Shown in pieces: positions 24,701-37,731 of a DNA stretch of 47,500 nt. Position 1 is the stretch's first letter. The number at the start of each line of letters is the position of its first letter. Made by a program: the position numbers and the translations under genes. The notes under the pieces were generated by a model that was given only the letters and a program-made list of their open reading frames with translations, was not told the origin of the DNA and did no database searches. Origin of the DNA: Octopus sinensis (Eukaryota); NCBI RefSeq assembly GCF_006345805.1, contig NW_021834520.1, forward strand, positions 1 to 47,500, given 5' to 3'.

Positions 24701-24994
24701 TTGATCATTTACAGTTATCTTAATCACTTAAGAGAGCAGCCAATTATTTTCAGAACAACTTAATATATTTAGAACCTGGAATGTAGAGAATTTCAGTGCT
24801 GAAGAAAAACAGCATTTCAAGCTGACAATTAAGCTAGAGCATTGAAATGGCTTTAAAAAAGTAACGACAAATCACTCCTACTACATAATAATAATAAATA
24901 CTACAAAATATAAATCTTGTACTCTGAAGTGACTATTTAGGAAGTATAAATAAAATGATTTTGATCATAGGAAATAACTAGAAGGATTCATATT

Positions 24995-26320
24995 GCTGTT
25001 CCTTAAGAAGGCAAAATCATTAACACACTGGGAAAAATGCTTAGCAGCTTTCCATCCATCTTTATGTTCAGAGTTCAAATACTACCAAGATCATCTTTGC
25101 TTTTCATCCTACTCAAGGGACAATAAAATAAGTACCTATTTCTGTACTACCCACAAGGAGCTAAATGCAGAGAGGACAAACAAGGACAGACAAACGGATT
25201 AAGTCGATTATATCAACCCCAGTGCGTAACTGGTACTTATTTAATCGACCCCGAAAGGATGAAAGGCAAAGTCGACTTCGGCGGAATTTGAACTCAGAAT
25301 GTGAAGACAGACGAAATACCGCTAAGCATTCCGTCCGGCGTGCTAACGATTCTGCCAGCTCGCTGCCTTAAAATAAAATAAGTACCAGCTGAGCACTGGG
25401 GTTGATATAATCAACTTGCCCTCTCCCTTGAAATGGCTAACCTTGTGCCAAAATTTGAAACCAAATATTTAATGTTATTAAGGTGGCGAACTGGTAAAAT
25501 CAATAAGCTTATCAGACAAAAAAACCCTGCTGCCTAACAGGTCCTGTTTAACACATGCTCTAATTTTAAATTCTGCCAAGTTCAGTTTTGTACTTCATCC
25601 TTTCATGGTCAATTCAGGGTTGATTAAAATAAAAGTACCAGTCAAGTCCTGGGGTCGAAATAATACAAGTGGCTCCTTCCCCTCGGAATTATTAACCTTG
25701 TGCCAAAATCAAAGAATTATTATTAATGTTGCTAAGATGGTGGGTGAGCTGGCAGAATCGTTACCACATCATGGACACTGAGGTTGATGTAAATTGATTT
25801 CCCCATTCCTTTAAAATTGCTGGCCTTGTGCCAAACTCTGAAACCATTATTATTATTATTGTTGTTGTTGCTGCTGCTAAGGTGGTGAGCTGGCAGAATC
25901 ATCATGCAAAAAAATGCTTAGTGATATTTCATTCATCTTTACATTCCGAGTTCTAATTCCAACAAAGTCAACTTTGCCTTCCATCCTTGTGCGGTTGATA
26001 AAATAAGTACCAGATTGAACACCAGGGTTTTTTATATAACTGACTTACTTCTTCCCCCGAAATTGCTGGCCTTGTGCCAAAATTCGAAACCATTATTGCT
26101 GCTGAACTAAGGTCAATTGATAGAATCTTCAGAAGACTAGGGAAGACTGTCTCGCAAGTATTTCTTCTGACTCTTTTACATTTGAGTTCAAATCCAGTCA
26201 AGCTGATTTTTGCTTTTCATCCTTTCGATGTTGATATAAAATGAAGTACATGCCAGATCTGTATTTGGTTTGGTGTAATCCTTTAAATCCTTCCCTCAAA
26301 TTTACCAACCTTGAGCTAAT
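24995..26320 (+). mobile_element. Array of about 5 old, CpG-decayed SINE family B copies
   Basis: Repeated aaggtgg(c/t)gagctggcagaatc...gccttgtgccaaaa units at about 24995, 25478, 25735, 25878 and 26105. Confidence 0.8.
25137..25371 (-). mobile_element. Young SINE family B copy inserted into an older copy, with a 15-bp TSD
   Basis: TSD aataaaataagtacc at 25122-25136 and 25372-25386. CpGs largely intact. Confidence 0.9.
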
Positions 26321-26744
26321 TAAATTAGCAGTAACTATTACTACTACTTTCAAGTTATAAGGACTAACTCAGAGCAACAGTGAAAGCCACTGGAATCGAG
26401 CCTAAATTGTTTGTAATATAAGCTCAAGTCTGTACCACGTGGCTATATTCCATCATCATCAGAACCAAAAACTTCAAAACCACCAGTTGAGAAAGGAAAG
26501 AAATCAAAGATAGGAGTGAAAGGCTCAACAAAATCAATCTCGTCCTCTACCAAACAATTACCATGCAGTCATCAATGCTATTACCATAAAGGAAGCTTTT
26601 AGCAAAGAAGAAACTAAGTTCTCTGATATGAGATAAAGCTGACAACAAATTATTAGTACTGTTGCTGCTACTAGAATAGAAGTTAACAAGAGAAAGAATT
26701 GGGTGGAACTTGGCCAACAAAGTATCTTGTGATATTCATTTAAA

Positions 26745-27040
26745 TACCTTTGCGCCCTTTTCAAGCCTAGCCAGGCTCATGGGCCTGGTTTCCCGGTTTC
26801 TGTAACGTATGTGTTCCCCTCAGCTGGACGGGACACCAGTCCATCACAGCGTGACTCAAAAAACAGGAAGAGAGAGTGAGAGAAAGTTGGGGCGAAAGAG
26901 TACAACAGGGGAAGCCACTACCCCCTGCCAGAGCCTCGTGGAGCATTTAGGTGTTTTCGCTCAATAAACACACACAATCGAAACAGCAATCCTTCGACCA
27001 TGAGTCCACTGCCCTAACCACTGGGCCATTGCGCCTCCAC
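26745..27040 (-). mobile_element. tRNA-derived SINE with the family C head and a different 3' module
   Basis: Head gtggaggcgcaatggcccagtggttagggcag matches 41992-42377. The 3' part (tgtgatggactggtgtcccgtccag...) differs. Confidence 0.8.
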
Positions 27041-27472
27041 ATGTTATATCAAGCTGAAGTTAAACTGGCAATCCCCTCTCTTTCAGAGATTGATAACAAA
27101 ACAACCCCAAGCAAAAATTGGGGAACCTATTTTGGTGGGCCAGTTTAAATTAGATCTCAATGAAGTGTGTGGCTTTGTGCTTCTATATAAGGTATTGTCA
27201 TGACTGATTTATTATTATTACTGCTACTGTTACTTACAAGTTTGCTTTTTTTAGTTTATTAGTGGAAAACATTATTCTCGTACTCTCACATGAAACATAT
27301 TCACATATTAAAAAAAGCAAGTACAATCATTTGCGAATATTGACACACATTAACAACCATATAATAAAATATTAATAATATAATTAGTTAGCACTAATCG
27401 ACCGGATATTAAAAAAAAATAATGGAAAATGTGTACAAATAAATCTCTTTAAATGTGCACTCAGAACCTTGT

Positions 27473-27520
<48 letters not shown>

Positions 27521-27626
27521 GTGTGTGTGTGTGTGTGTGTGTGCATGTGTGAGTGTGTGTGTGTGTTACAGCACTTAGAAACAATATTATATATTCATTA
27601 TATATATGCATAATATTTATATACAT

Positions 27627-27658
<32 letters not shown>

Positions 27659-27688
27659 AATTTGAACAATATATTTATACATAATATA

Positions 27689-27765
<77 letters not shown>

Positions 27766-27868
27766 GATAGATAGATAGATAGATAGATGATATAAACATT
27801 AACATATATGTATACATAATATAGCTATCTATCTACCTATCTATCTATCTATTTATCTATCTATATAC

Positions 27869-28033
27869 ATGACAAGCTTCTTTCAGTTTCCATCTACCAA
27901 ATCCTCTCATAAGGCTTTGGTAGGCCTGAGGCTATAGTAGAAGACACTTGCCCAAAGTGCCATACAGTGGGACTGAACCCGGAACCATGTGGTTGGTAAG
28001 CAAGCTACTCACCACACAGCCAGTCCTGCACCT
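27869..28033 (-). mobile_element. SINE family A, 5' part, CpG-decayed
   Basis: Family A consensus carrying CpG>TpG/CpA changes. Confidence 0.85.
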
Positions 28034-28079
28034 CATATATATTATATCCATACATACATACATACATACATACATACAT

Positions 28080-28113
<34 letters not shown>

Positions 28114-28319
28114 ACTTATATACACACACACACACACACATATATATATGTATATATATATGTATATATATGTATGTATATGTATATATGTATATTATAT
28201 CTATATATGTGTGTATATGTATGTATGTATATATATACATATATATGCATATAAATATGTGTGATATATACATCATATATATATATATATATGTGTGTGT
28301 GAGTGTGTATATATGTATG

Positions 28320-28354
<35 letters not shown>

Positions 28355-28857
28355 GTATATATATATATAGGTATATATATGTATGTATAGTATATGTATA
28401 TATATGTATAGTATAAACCATATATGTATAAATTATCCATAGACGTCGTATGTATAGTTGTGTGGGTATGTGCGTGGGTGCATGTGTGTGTGCGTGTGTG
28501 TGTGTGTGTTTGTGTGTGTGTGCGTGTGTATGTGTGTGTGTGTGAGTGCTTCCTTGTGTTTGTGCCTACCCCACTGCTCGACAGTCGGAACTGATTTTGT
28601 TTAACTACTCTTAACGTAGTGACTCGGTAACAGATAAACCGAAAAAATTAATAGCAGACTTAGAAAATAAGTATTGAGGTCGATCAGTTCGACTAATTCC
28701 TCGAAGGTGGTGTCCTAGCATGGCTGCAGACCAAGGACTATAAAAGATAATGTGGCGAAACTGCAGGCCACACATGAAATCCATACTTTCAGGAACTGAA
28801 AACATGTAGGGATAAAGAAACGGTATAACTCGAAGCGACGAGTTCTTGCTTATGATT

Positions 28858-29360
28858 TTAGACCTGTACCCGTTATAGCCCAAGAAATTCTGATTATTGT
28901 TAGCACTTCAGGATAGTTATTTATTTTCTGATTTATCAACAGAAACATGAATGAAGAAATTATCATGGTGGTGGAAGAGATTTCATATCTGGAGCAGTTT
29001 CCATAAAAATTAACCATGTTTGAGCAGGATTCCTCAAGATGCAATCTCACAAGTTGTTAATAAATATTTGCCCTCGTGATCTCTTATTGCTTAATAGATC
29101 ATTGCTTAAGAGTACTACTAGAAATTGAGGTTAGCTCAGTCGATAGGGTAAAATCTGTTGATATGAATGGAATTCTGGGTATGACTGCATTTTTCCTTCA
29201 GTATAATCAATGAGAGTACAGATCCTAATATGTGTCCTAAATTTCTTAACAGATAGTTTCGTGTGCTACTGCATGGTCGCAAGCAACGCAACAACATTAT
29301 TGGAGATGAATGACAATAAACCTCAAGCTTTCATAGAGCTTTAAAATTATACGCAGTAGT
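28858..29360 (-). pseudogene. Degraded Helitron RepHel C-terminal PIF1-helicase fragment with remnant 3' end
   Basis: Minus-strand fragments SPIMLLRCL / LSVKKFRTHI / VIPRIPFISTD / SRGQ / LHLEESCS..FY..CSR match the Helitron helicase end (PIMLLRNL...IPRIP...INKSQGQ...L.LEEPCF.HGQ.YVACSR). A hairpin remnant and CTAA lie near 28858. Confidence 0.65.
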
Positions 29361-29366
29361 AAACAT

Positions 29367-29758
29367 TACTCTTTTACTTGTTTCAGCCATTTGACTGCGG
29401 CCATGCTGGAGTACAGCCTTTTTAGTCGAGTAAATCGACCTCTGGACATATTCTTTTTAAGCCTGGTACTTATTCTCTTTTGCCGAACCGCTAAGTTACG
29501 GGGACGTAAACACACCATCATCGTTTGTCAAGTGATGCTGGGGGTGGGACAAACAAAGACGCACAAATACACACACACGCACATATATATATATGACGGG
29601 CTTCTTTCAGTTTCCGTCTACGATATCAACTCACAAAACTTTGGTCGGCCCGAGGCTATAGTAGAAGACACTTGCCCAAGGTGCCACGCCGTGGAACTGA
29701 ACCCGGAACCATGTGGTTGGTAAGCAAGCTACTTACCACACAGCCACTCCTGTGCCTA
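29367..29758 (-). mobile_element. Full-length SINE family A
   Basis: tRNA-like head, CORE-like body, internal (TA)/(TG) microsatellite, and tail ...tgaaacaagtaaaagagta. Confidence 0.9.
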
Positions 29759-30059
29759 TCTTCACAGTGCCCATTGATTTGCAGGTATAGTTATTTCCAT
29801 TATTCTTTTACTCCTTTCCTTGTTTCAGTCATTTGACTGCGGCCATCTGGAGCACCGCTTTTAATCGAACAAATTGACCCAAGGATTTATTCTCGAATAT
29901 AAATTTTCAACTTATATGTGTATATAAAGTAAATACACGTAGTTCAAAAACTCGTTTTGTGTGGCTTATTTCGTAACCAAAAAACAGGTACAGATTATAA
30001 ACAATGAAAGGCCGATTTTGGTGATTCATTTGACAGAAGTAGCAGAGAATCAATCCGAT

Positions 30060-31208
30060 GATAAATCTGACCTTGGTTCTTGAAAGTTTGCATGAAACCT
30101 GGCTCAGTTAAATCTCTTGTGGCTCCAAATGATGTCACTTTTGGAAGTTCTTGGAACTTTGGTCAGTTGATGACAACACTTTCTTCAATGGCTCTGGAGG
30201 TTGTGGGGTGCAGGGAGTTTAACCTTTCCACCACTGTAGCACAGTGCTGGTGTCTCTGCAGGCCACTTCCTTGCTTTATAATGTATGCACTTAGATGACA
30301 TTGCACCAATGGAAACTCTAGTGTCATCTGCATTAGGAACTACTGGATCATAATTGAAAGTTGCTTCATAGAAGTTGCATCTCTGAGCTGTTGCAACTGC
30401 TCTTCGTACTGTAGTGGAAATCCTATTCCTTCTCAGCCGAGCATACCTCAGTTCATCACTTTGAGATGCTCTGGCTTTTGTAGTGCACAGTCTGTTCGTT
30501 TCTTGGTGTGCTTCCCTTTCTGCAGCTGTCTCTCTCTCCCTGGACAGAGACATTCTTTTGGCTGACCTTGACATTGTAGACAAATTTGACACTTTCCATC
30601 TAGGCATGGTTATATACGTATAGAGAAATACACGGGTGCAGCAGATAGTAAAGAATGAAAATAACTGGATAACGGAAAATACATTTCTTAATGCGACGGG
30701 CAGAAAGTAAATAAGAAATTTTTACGGAAAATAAAGAACTGCACGGGTTGAAGCGAAATGTCATTGAACCAAAGAGCCAGTATCGAAGGAACCAGATAGA
30801 GAGATAGAGATAGAGAGAGAGAGAGATGGATAGAGAGATATAGATAGAGATATATAGACGTCACTGACGCAGAGAATACCGCAGAGTAAACATTTTAGAA
30901 ACTTTCAAAGACGTGAATCTAATATAAAAAGTAGTATTTTTAAAAATTTTTTCATGACCAATGGATTAAGGGAGACAATCAATTTCTGAAAGTTACTTCG
31001 CAAAGAGTTACATCTATTCTCCACGTAACCCAGCAACGGGTGTTTTCTGCCTCCAGGGGGGTGCGTTACTCATGTGAAAACTTTCAAGAGTCTAAAGCAA
31101 CCACTGGAACATAAGTAATGTATGTTCCCAGTTTGGAGAAAATCAGTTGAAAAATACGGCCGTTATAATCTTTTACACGCACAGACAGAACGGAATTTAT
31201 ATTATAGA
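30060..31208 (-). mobile_element. Helitron 5' portion with a RepHel N-terminal zinc-finger relic (ORF 30185-30607)
   Basis: ORF reads MPR.K.SNL...ATFNYDP...VSIGAMSSKCIHYKARKWPAETPALCYSGGKVKLP, then frameshifts to QPPEPLKK, typical of the Helitron N-terminus. The 5' terminus A|TCTATAATATAAA...CTGTCTGTG lies at 31208. Confidence 0.82.
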
Positions 31209-31215
31209 TATATAC

Positions 31216-31250
<35 letters not shown>

Positions 31251-31278
31251 CGCATACGACGGGTTTCATTCAATTTCT

Positions 31279-31686
31279 TATTTCTTTACTGCCCACAAGG
31301 GGCTACACACAGAAGGGACAGACAAGGACAGACAAAGGGATTAAGTCGATTAGATGGACCCCAATGCGTAACTGGTACTTATTTAATTGACCCCGAAAGG
31401 ATGAAAGGCAAAGTCGACCTCGGCGGAATTTGAACTCAGAACATAGCGGCAGAAGAAATACCTATTTCTTTATTACCCACAAGGGGCTAAACATAGAGGG
31501 GACAGACAAAGGGATTAAGTCGATTAGATCTACCCCAGTGCGTAACTGGTACTTAATTTATCGACCCCGAAAGGATGAAAGGCAAAGTCGACCTCGGCGG
31601 AATTTGAACTCAGAACGTAGCGGCAGAAGAAATACCGCAAAGCATTTCGCCCGGCGTGCTAACGTTTCTGCCAGCTCGTCGCCTTC
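31279..31686 (-). mobile_element. SINE family B dimer inserted into a family A copy (31255-31835)
   Basis: Two tandem units flanked by TSD ttcaatttct (31269-31278 and 31688-31697). Family A sequence resumes on both sides. Confidence 0.85.
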
Positions 31687-32340
31687 GTTCAATTTCTGTC
31701 TACCAAATTCACACACACAAGATTTTGCTTGGTCGGCTCGAGACTATAACAGAAGACACTTGTCCAAGCTGTCACGCAGTGAGACTGAACCCAAACCCAA
31801 AGGGTTGGGTAACAAACTTCTTTACCACACAGCCGCGTATGTAACTGGGAGGAAGAAAATGCGATAAATGTTTACAGGTGTTGGACCGTTCACCCTAATG
31901 AGAATGCATATGGATTACCTTGTATATACAAGCATCGTGTACATAGGTCATTACCTACGCTCCTGAAATTGTTTTGGTCATGGAGTCATACTTCGAGTGG
32001 GTTTATTTACCGTGTGTGTATATACATATGGTATGTGTATGTGCTTGTGTGTGTGTTCTTACATACATGCATACATGCATACATACATACATACATACAT
32101 ACATACATACATACATACATACATACATGCATACATGCATGCATACATACGTACATACATGTTTTTATGTTTGTACGTGTGAGTGTGTTTGTATGTATGT
32201 AAATATATGCGTGTGTGTGAGTGTGTATGCATATGTATGTGTGTATGCATATATATATGCATGTGTGTCAGTATATATATGTATGTATGTGTATGTGTAA
32301 ATGTGTTCACACACATATACTCATTAACAGTAACATATGT

Positions 32341-32392
<52 letters not shown>

Positions 32393-33208
32393 GCATAGAC
32401 ACACACACACACTCACATACGTATATGTATGTTACTGTGTGTATGTGTATATGCGTGTTTACACATTTAGACACACATGCACTCACATAAACGCAATCTC
32501 ATAAATAACACTAAAACCCGTAACTGGTAAATCACGTACGCACGCATGCTCACACACACACACACACACTCACACGCACACACACATACACACACACACA
32601 CACACAAGCACACACATATATAAAACATACGTATACACGCACATACGTACGTAAGTACGCTACGCACGCACACGCTTTCTCGCTCATAAAATACACGTAA
32701 AAATCTGAACAGGTAAATCAGTAAGCAGGTGAACAATATGATATAAGGGCCAATGACCAAAACTAACCAAACAGATGTGTACATATTAGGTGTTAGGCTC
32801 AGGATATTTGATATGGACATCACCTGTGAAAGAAGGATCTATATTGCAGTTGACGCTGCTGTTAATGATCTCTCGGTGAATTGGTAACGCTTCAGCAGAA
32901 AAGAGGAATCAAATTCCAAGCTTGTTTCTTATTGTTTATTTCTTATGTTTTCGATTTATTTATTTACTTACTTATTGCATTTATTTATTTATCTTTATTT
33001 TTTCTATATTTGCATGTTTGTTTATTTACCTAACCTTATATAGATTCTCTGATACGTATTAATTTGTTTGTAAATTTTCTCTCAGTGACTTCGAATAGCA
33101 TTTAGATATCATCTACGTGTTCTGGTTGTTGTTGAGTTGTTTCGTGTTGCCATTGTTGTTTGGCCCCTATGTTAGTTCTGATCGAGCAGGGACCTATGAT
33201 CATAGTTA

Positions 33209-33661
33209 CCGTAAATCCTCGAGTATAGTCCGCCCTTGAGTATAATACGCAGGGGATTTTTAGCGGACTGTACTTCTGAAAAACCTAAACCTTGTGTATA
33301 ATACGCACCCCTTCTCTAACTTGAGTCGTGCGTAATTAAGCCAGCAGTACCTAGTTGAACAAACACTTCCGCGCATGCGTAATACAATAATGGTGATGTT
33401 CTTAACTCTTATATGGGAATGTAAATATGTTTGCAAATTGTTTTTGTTACATGTTATTCTGTGTTTTGAATACTTTTATTTTAATAAATGTTGCTTACTG
33501 AAAGTTAAGGATGATTCTTTTATGACTTCATTGCTTTCAGGCTTAGATTAAGGTATTTTCGCGCCCGACATCACAAAATACATCTGAATAAATAGTACGC
33601 ACTAGGGATTTTGACCTTTAAATTTTGGGGGAAAATGCGGATTATAATTGAGGATTTACAG
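33209..33661. mobile_element. Tc1/mariner-superfamily (Tc2/pogo-like) MITE
   Basis: TIRs CCGTAAATCCTCGAGTATA / TATAATTGAGGATTTACAG. TA on the left, CA (probably a mutated TA) on the right. Confidence 0.8.
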
Positions 33662-34150
33662 CATTTCAACCATGACCAACTTTCTTGTATTTTTTCTTAC
33701 TTTGTTTCTAAATTTTATGATGTCCAATATATCCTTTAAAAAAGCAAACGCGGTGATGTGAAGGTGGGGACATGGCTGTTATTTCTAATCGCTCGATTGC
33801 TCGAGTATTTGCTTAAACAGCGATCAGCGGAATTTTTTAGTATTGCGGCCTGTCTGATGATGAGTCATGTAGCATGCGGCCCGCTTTTCGTAAAAGGTTG
33901 CCAGTGCCTGGCTTAAACGCTTCTTTGTTGATTCGTTATCATCTAGCTCTTACTGTTTGGGTCGTTGATATGTGAGTACTCTGAAGATTTGTCCCATTCT
34001 ATTCCATATATATGATATCATAATCGAACAAAACAATAAGGAAAACTACGTAGATGCCCAACCTGCTAGAAATAACAACTAAGTATCTTTCAAATTACAC
34101 GTCACTTTTTTTTTTAATTTCTTAAAAATAGAAAGCTAACACTGTATACT

Positions 34151-34318
34151 GCAGGCGTGCCTAGGTGGCAATAGGCTTGCTTCTCAGCTACATCGTTCTG
34201 GGTTCAGTCCCCCTGCATGGCACCACGGGCAAGTATTTTCTATTATAGCCTCGGGCCGATCAAAGCCATATGAATGGATTTAGTGGACGGAAACTGAAAG
34301 AAACCCGTCATGTATATA

Positions 34319-34378
<60 letters not shown>

Positions 34379-34617
34379 TGTGTGTGTATGCCTTTGTGTC
34401 TGTGTTTGTCCCACACCACCGCTTGACAACGGGTGTTGGTGTGTTTACGTCCCCGTAACTTAGCAGTTTGGCAAAAGACATCGATACAATAAACACCAAG
34501 CTTAAGAAAAAAGTAAGTACTGGGGTTGATTCATTCAACTAAAAATTCTTCAAGGTAGTGCCACAGCATGGCCTCAGTCTTATGACTGAAACAAATAAAA
34601 GATCAAAGATAAAAGAG
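34151..34617 (+). mobile_element. Full-length SINE family A
   Basis: Head, internal (TG)n, and tail tgactgaaacaaataaaagat. Confidence 0.85.
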
Positions 34618-35018
34618 ATATTCTGAGACGGACTTCAAACACCTTTGATCATGGACTCTGCCCTATCAGAACAGATCTTGTCTTAAACATCAGAAATAAT
34701 ACAATAAGAGTTCAAAAGTGTACCTTTCATCTTTTCAGGGTCAATAAAATAAAATACCAGTCAAGTATTGATGTCAATCCCATTGACCTCGTCCTACTCA
34801 CAAAATCTGCTGGCCTTGTGTCTAAAGTCAGAATCAATTAATCTATGAACTATACTTCGTACGCATGACAAACTGCTTCCTGCGAGAACAATGTTTCTTA
34901 ACGTGGGCAGTGACACTGAGGATTGGGAATTCATTATGGGAACACCAAATATCAAGAGAGCGTTATGTGGTGGGGGTGTTTAGAAGGATAGGGACTTTTT
35001 TCTTTTAGAAATAATATA

Positions 35019-35181
35019 CTGTATTTTAATGTGTATAAGGAACCCTCTAATTTTGGGGGCTTAAAATTTGGAAAAAAGGTTTATTAAGGGTTTACAATAC
35101 TATCCATGTATAAGAAACTCCCATGTTTTTTTAACCTAATTTTTGACAAAAAAAGGGTTCCTTTTACACGTTAAAATACGG
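35019..35181. mobile_element. 163-bp Tc1/mariner-superfamily MITE
   Basis: 28-bp imperfect TIRs CTGTATTTTAATGTGTATAAGGAACCCT / AGGGTTCCTTTTACACGTTAAAATACGG with a TA TSD. Confidence 0.85.
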
Positions 35182-35209
35182 TATATATCCCAGCGCCGAG
35201 CTGGGATAT

Positions 35210-35763
35210 ATACTACTATAACCTCAGGTCGACCAAAACCTTCTGAGTGGATTTGGTAGACGGAAACTGAAAGAAGCAGGTCGTATTCATACATACATAC
35301 ATACATACATATTTTCTTTTCTTTTACTTGTTTCAGTCATTTGACTGCGGCCATGATGGAGCACTGCCTTGAAGGTTTTTTTTTAGTCGAACAAATCGAC
35401 CCCAAGACTTATTTTTTAAGCCTAGTACTTATTCTATCGGTCTCCTTGCTGAACCATTAAATTACACCAACACCGGTTGTCAAGCGATGGTAGAGGACAA
35501 ACACAGACACAAAGACACGCGCGCGCGCATATATATATATACGTATGTATGTATATACGACGGGCTTCTTTCAGTTTCCGTCTACCAAATCTACTCACAA
35601 TGCTTTGGTCGGCCCGAGGTTATAGTAGAAGACACTAGCTCAAGGTGCTACGCCTTCAATTTGAGTAATGTAGTATATATTATTACTTTTTGTTACTATT
35701 CTTTTACTCTTTTACTTGTTTCAGTCACTTGATTGTGGCCATGCTGGAGCACCGCCTTTAGCC
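35210..35763. mobile_element. SINE family A pieces (+ 35210-35285; - 35315-35655; - 35698-35763)
   Basis: Match family A body and tail. Confidence 0.8.
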
Positions 35764-36328
35764 GTGGGCCAGTATTGGAACGTGGACCATTTGGTCCCGG
35801 GCTGCACAGAAAGAAGATATTTTAAAATTTTATTTCTATTTTATTGACTATCACAGCCTGCAGAGTGTTTTGTTATATACCTAATATATGTGTATTATAT
35901 CTTTATATATAAAAGTGAGGTTGTGTGTCTGTCTCCTACGATTTAGATTCCTAACTACTCCCACATTTTGCGGTGCAGTTTAACCAAAACCGGGTATCTT
36001 ATAGTCGTGATTCATATCGAGCCCTTCTGGGTATTAGCGCGCGTCTACGATGAGTCTACGATTTAAAAAAAAAATTACCATCATTTTTTTTTCATTTTTG
36101 ATGCATTTTTTGCTATTTTTTGGCTATAACTCTCTAAAAATGCTTATATAGTTATTTCCCTTACAAACCCGAGCAACGCCGGGCGATACTGCTAGTATGT
36201 AATAATCAAATAAAATATAACGTACTTTATTGTGTTTTGTTATGTGCGTGATCCCACTGGTGCGTGGAAAAAACCTTTTTGGACGAAACCAGACCGGTCC
36301 ATGGTACAAAAAACGTTGGGACCTGCTG
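35762..36328. mobile_element. hAT (Charlie/MER1-like) MITE interrupted by a Helitron
   Basis: Right end cgtggaaaaa...accggtccatggtacaaaaaacgttgggacctgctg and left part ...cccgggctgcacag resemble MER1-type hAT ends, as recalled. The left TIR is missing. Confidence 0.6.
35900..36195 (+). mobile_element. Non-autonomous Helitron (296 bp)
   Basis: Inserted between A and T. 5' TC, subterminal hairpin CCCGAGCAACGCCGGG (36168-36183), 3' CTAG, no TSD. Confidence 0.9.
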
Positions 36329-36335
36329 GATTACA

Positions 36336-36408
<73 letters not shown>

Positions 36409-37134
36409 GATATGACAAGTGATTGGAGGAAGGCCGAGTGATGATGGAGTAGTATGCTAGCAGAGTAAAGTATGTGTTGGTTAATGATACGTGTACGCAG
36501 CTGTAAGGGATCATACATACAAGCGTATATGTATAGTCCTTTCAAGAAAACACACAAAGCGTCAAATAGCGACAAAGGAACAAGATGGAGTAAGTTAAAG
36601 AAGGAAATAAGGGAACTGGAAGTTCTCATACCGCTGGAAACTAAGGTTCATAACCGGAAAATGAGCCGTTAATTTCTAAGCTGTCGGGTTGCCTTTGGAC
36701 CATATAGAGAAAAGGCGAGAGAAATTGATGTAACAACAGATATCCTATGTTGGGTGTGAACATTGACATAATATTGTTTTACGGATGTTATGTTACGAAT
36801 TAGTATGACAAAAATAAACTTGTGTCAGGACGCGATCAGTGGTCAGATGAAAGCTATTGAAACTTTTACCTTTCAGTATTATTATACAGACAGGTATACA
36901 CCTGTGTTGAATTTCTACTACACCTACCTTAGTTTTTTTTTTTTTTAAACAAACGCCCATACTTTGAATCTCTCTCTCTCTGTCTCACTTTACTTCTCTG
37001 TCTCTCTCCTCTTCTTTTTCGCTTCTTCTCTTTCGATTCTTTCTTTTAATTTTTTATTTAAGAAATTTAATATCGAATCTAAAATGTATGACGTTAGAAC
37101 GAAGCTGGTATAGGATAGTATGACTTCTCATATA

Positions 37135-37340
37135 CCAGTGAGTTGGCAAAATCGTTGGCATACTGGGCAAAATGCTTTGCAGTATTTCTTCCAACTTGAA
37201 TGTTCCGAGTTCAAATTCCGCCGACGTCCATTGTGCCTTTCATCTTTCATGATCGATAAAAAAGACTGCCTGCTAAGGACTGGGGTAGATATAATCGACT
37301 AGTCCTCTCCAAAATTCAGGCATTGAGCACATAGTAGAAG
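37135..37340 (+). mobile_element. Degenerate SINE family B copy
   Basis: gagttcaaattccgccgacgtcc...gccttttcatctttc...gataaa. Confidence 0.7.
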
Positions 37341-37731
37341 TATTTTTGTCAACGTTGTGTCTTTTCAATACGTGATAAGGTGTTTATTTTCCAAAATAGT
37401 GCTGGTTCCCATTTTTTTCAAGAAGAAAGAGTAGCACCTATGGTCTCCGCCAACTCTTTGAAACTAGTCGGAGTGATGCAGCTGAGGTTCAGCATGATCT
37501 CCTCAAACTCAACAACTTCAGGATATTCCAGAGTATTGACTTACTTAGCAGGAAAAGCAGTTCCAAGTAATTTGGTGGAAGTTATAGTATGCGTGACGAG
37601 AAAAAAAAGTCAAGAGTATTGAGAGGCTTGGTTTGAGGTGGTATGTTGATATAGCAGCAATAGATGAGACAGAGCAAGAAGACAGCATATCTGGACTGTT
37701 GAATAGGAACAAGTATAGTTCTATATATATA

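Noticed and set aside
37400-37715. Possible CR1/Jockey LINE 3' relic on the minus strand
   Set aside because: Only a faint RYAVFLLCLIYCCY resemblance, too degraded to call without a search.
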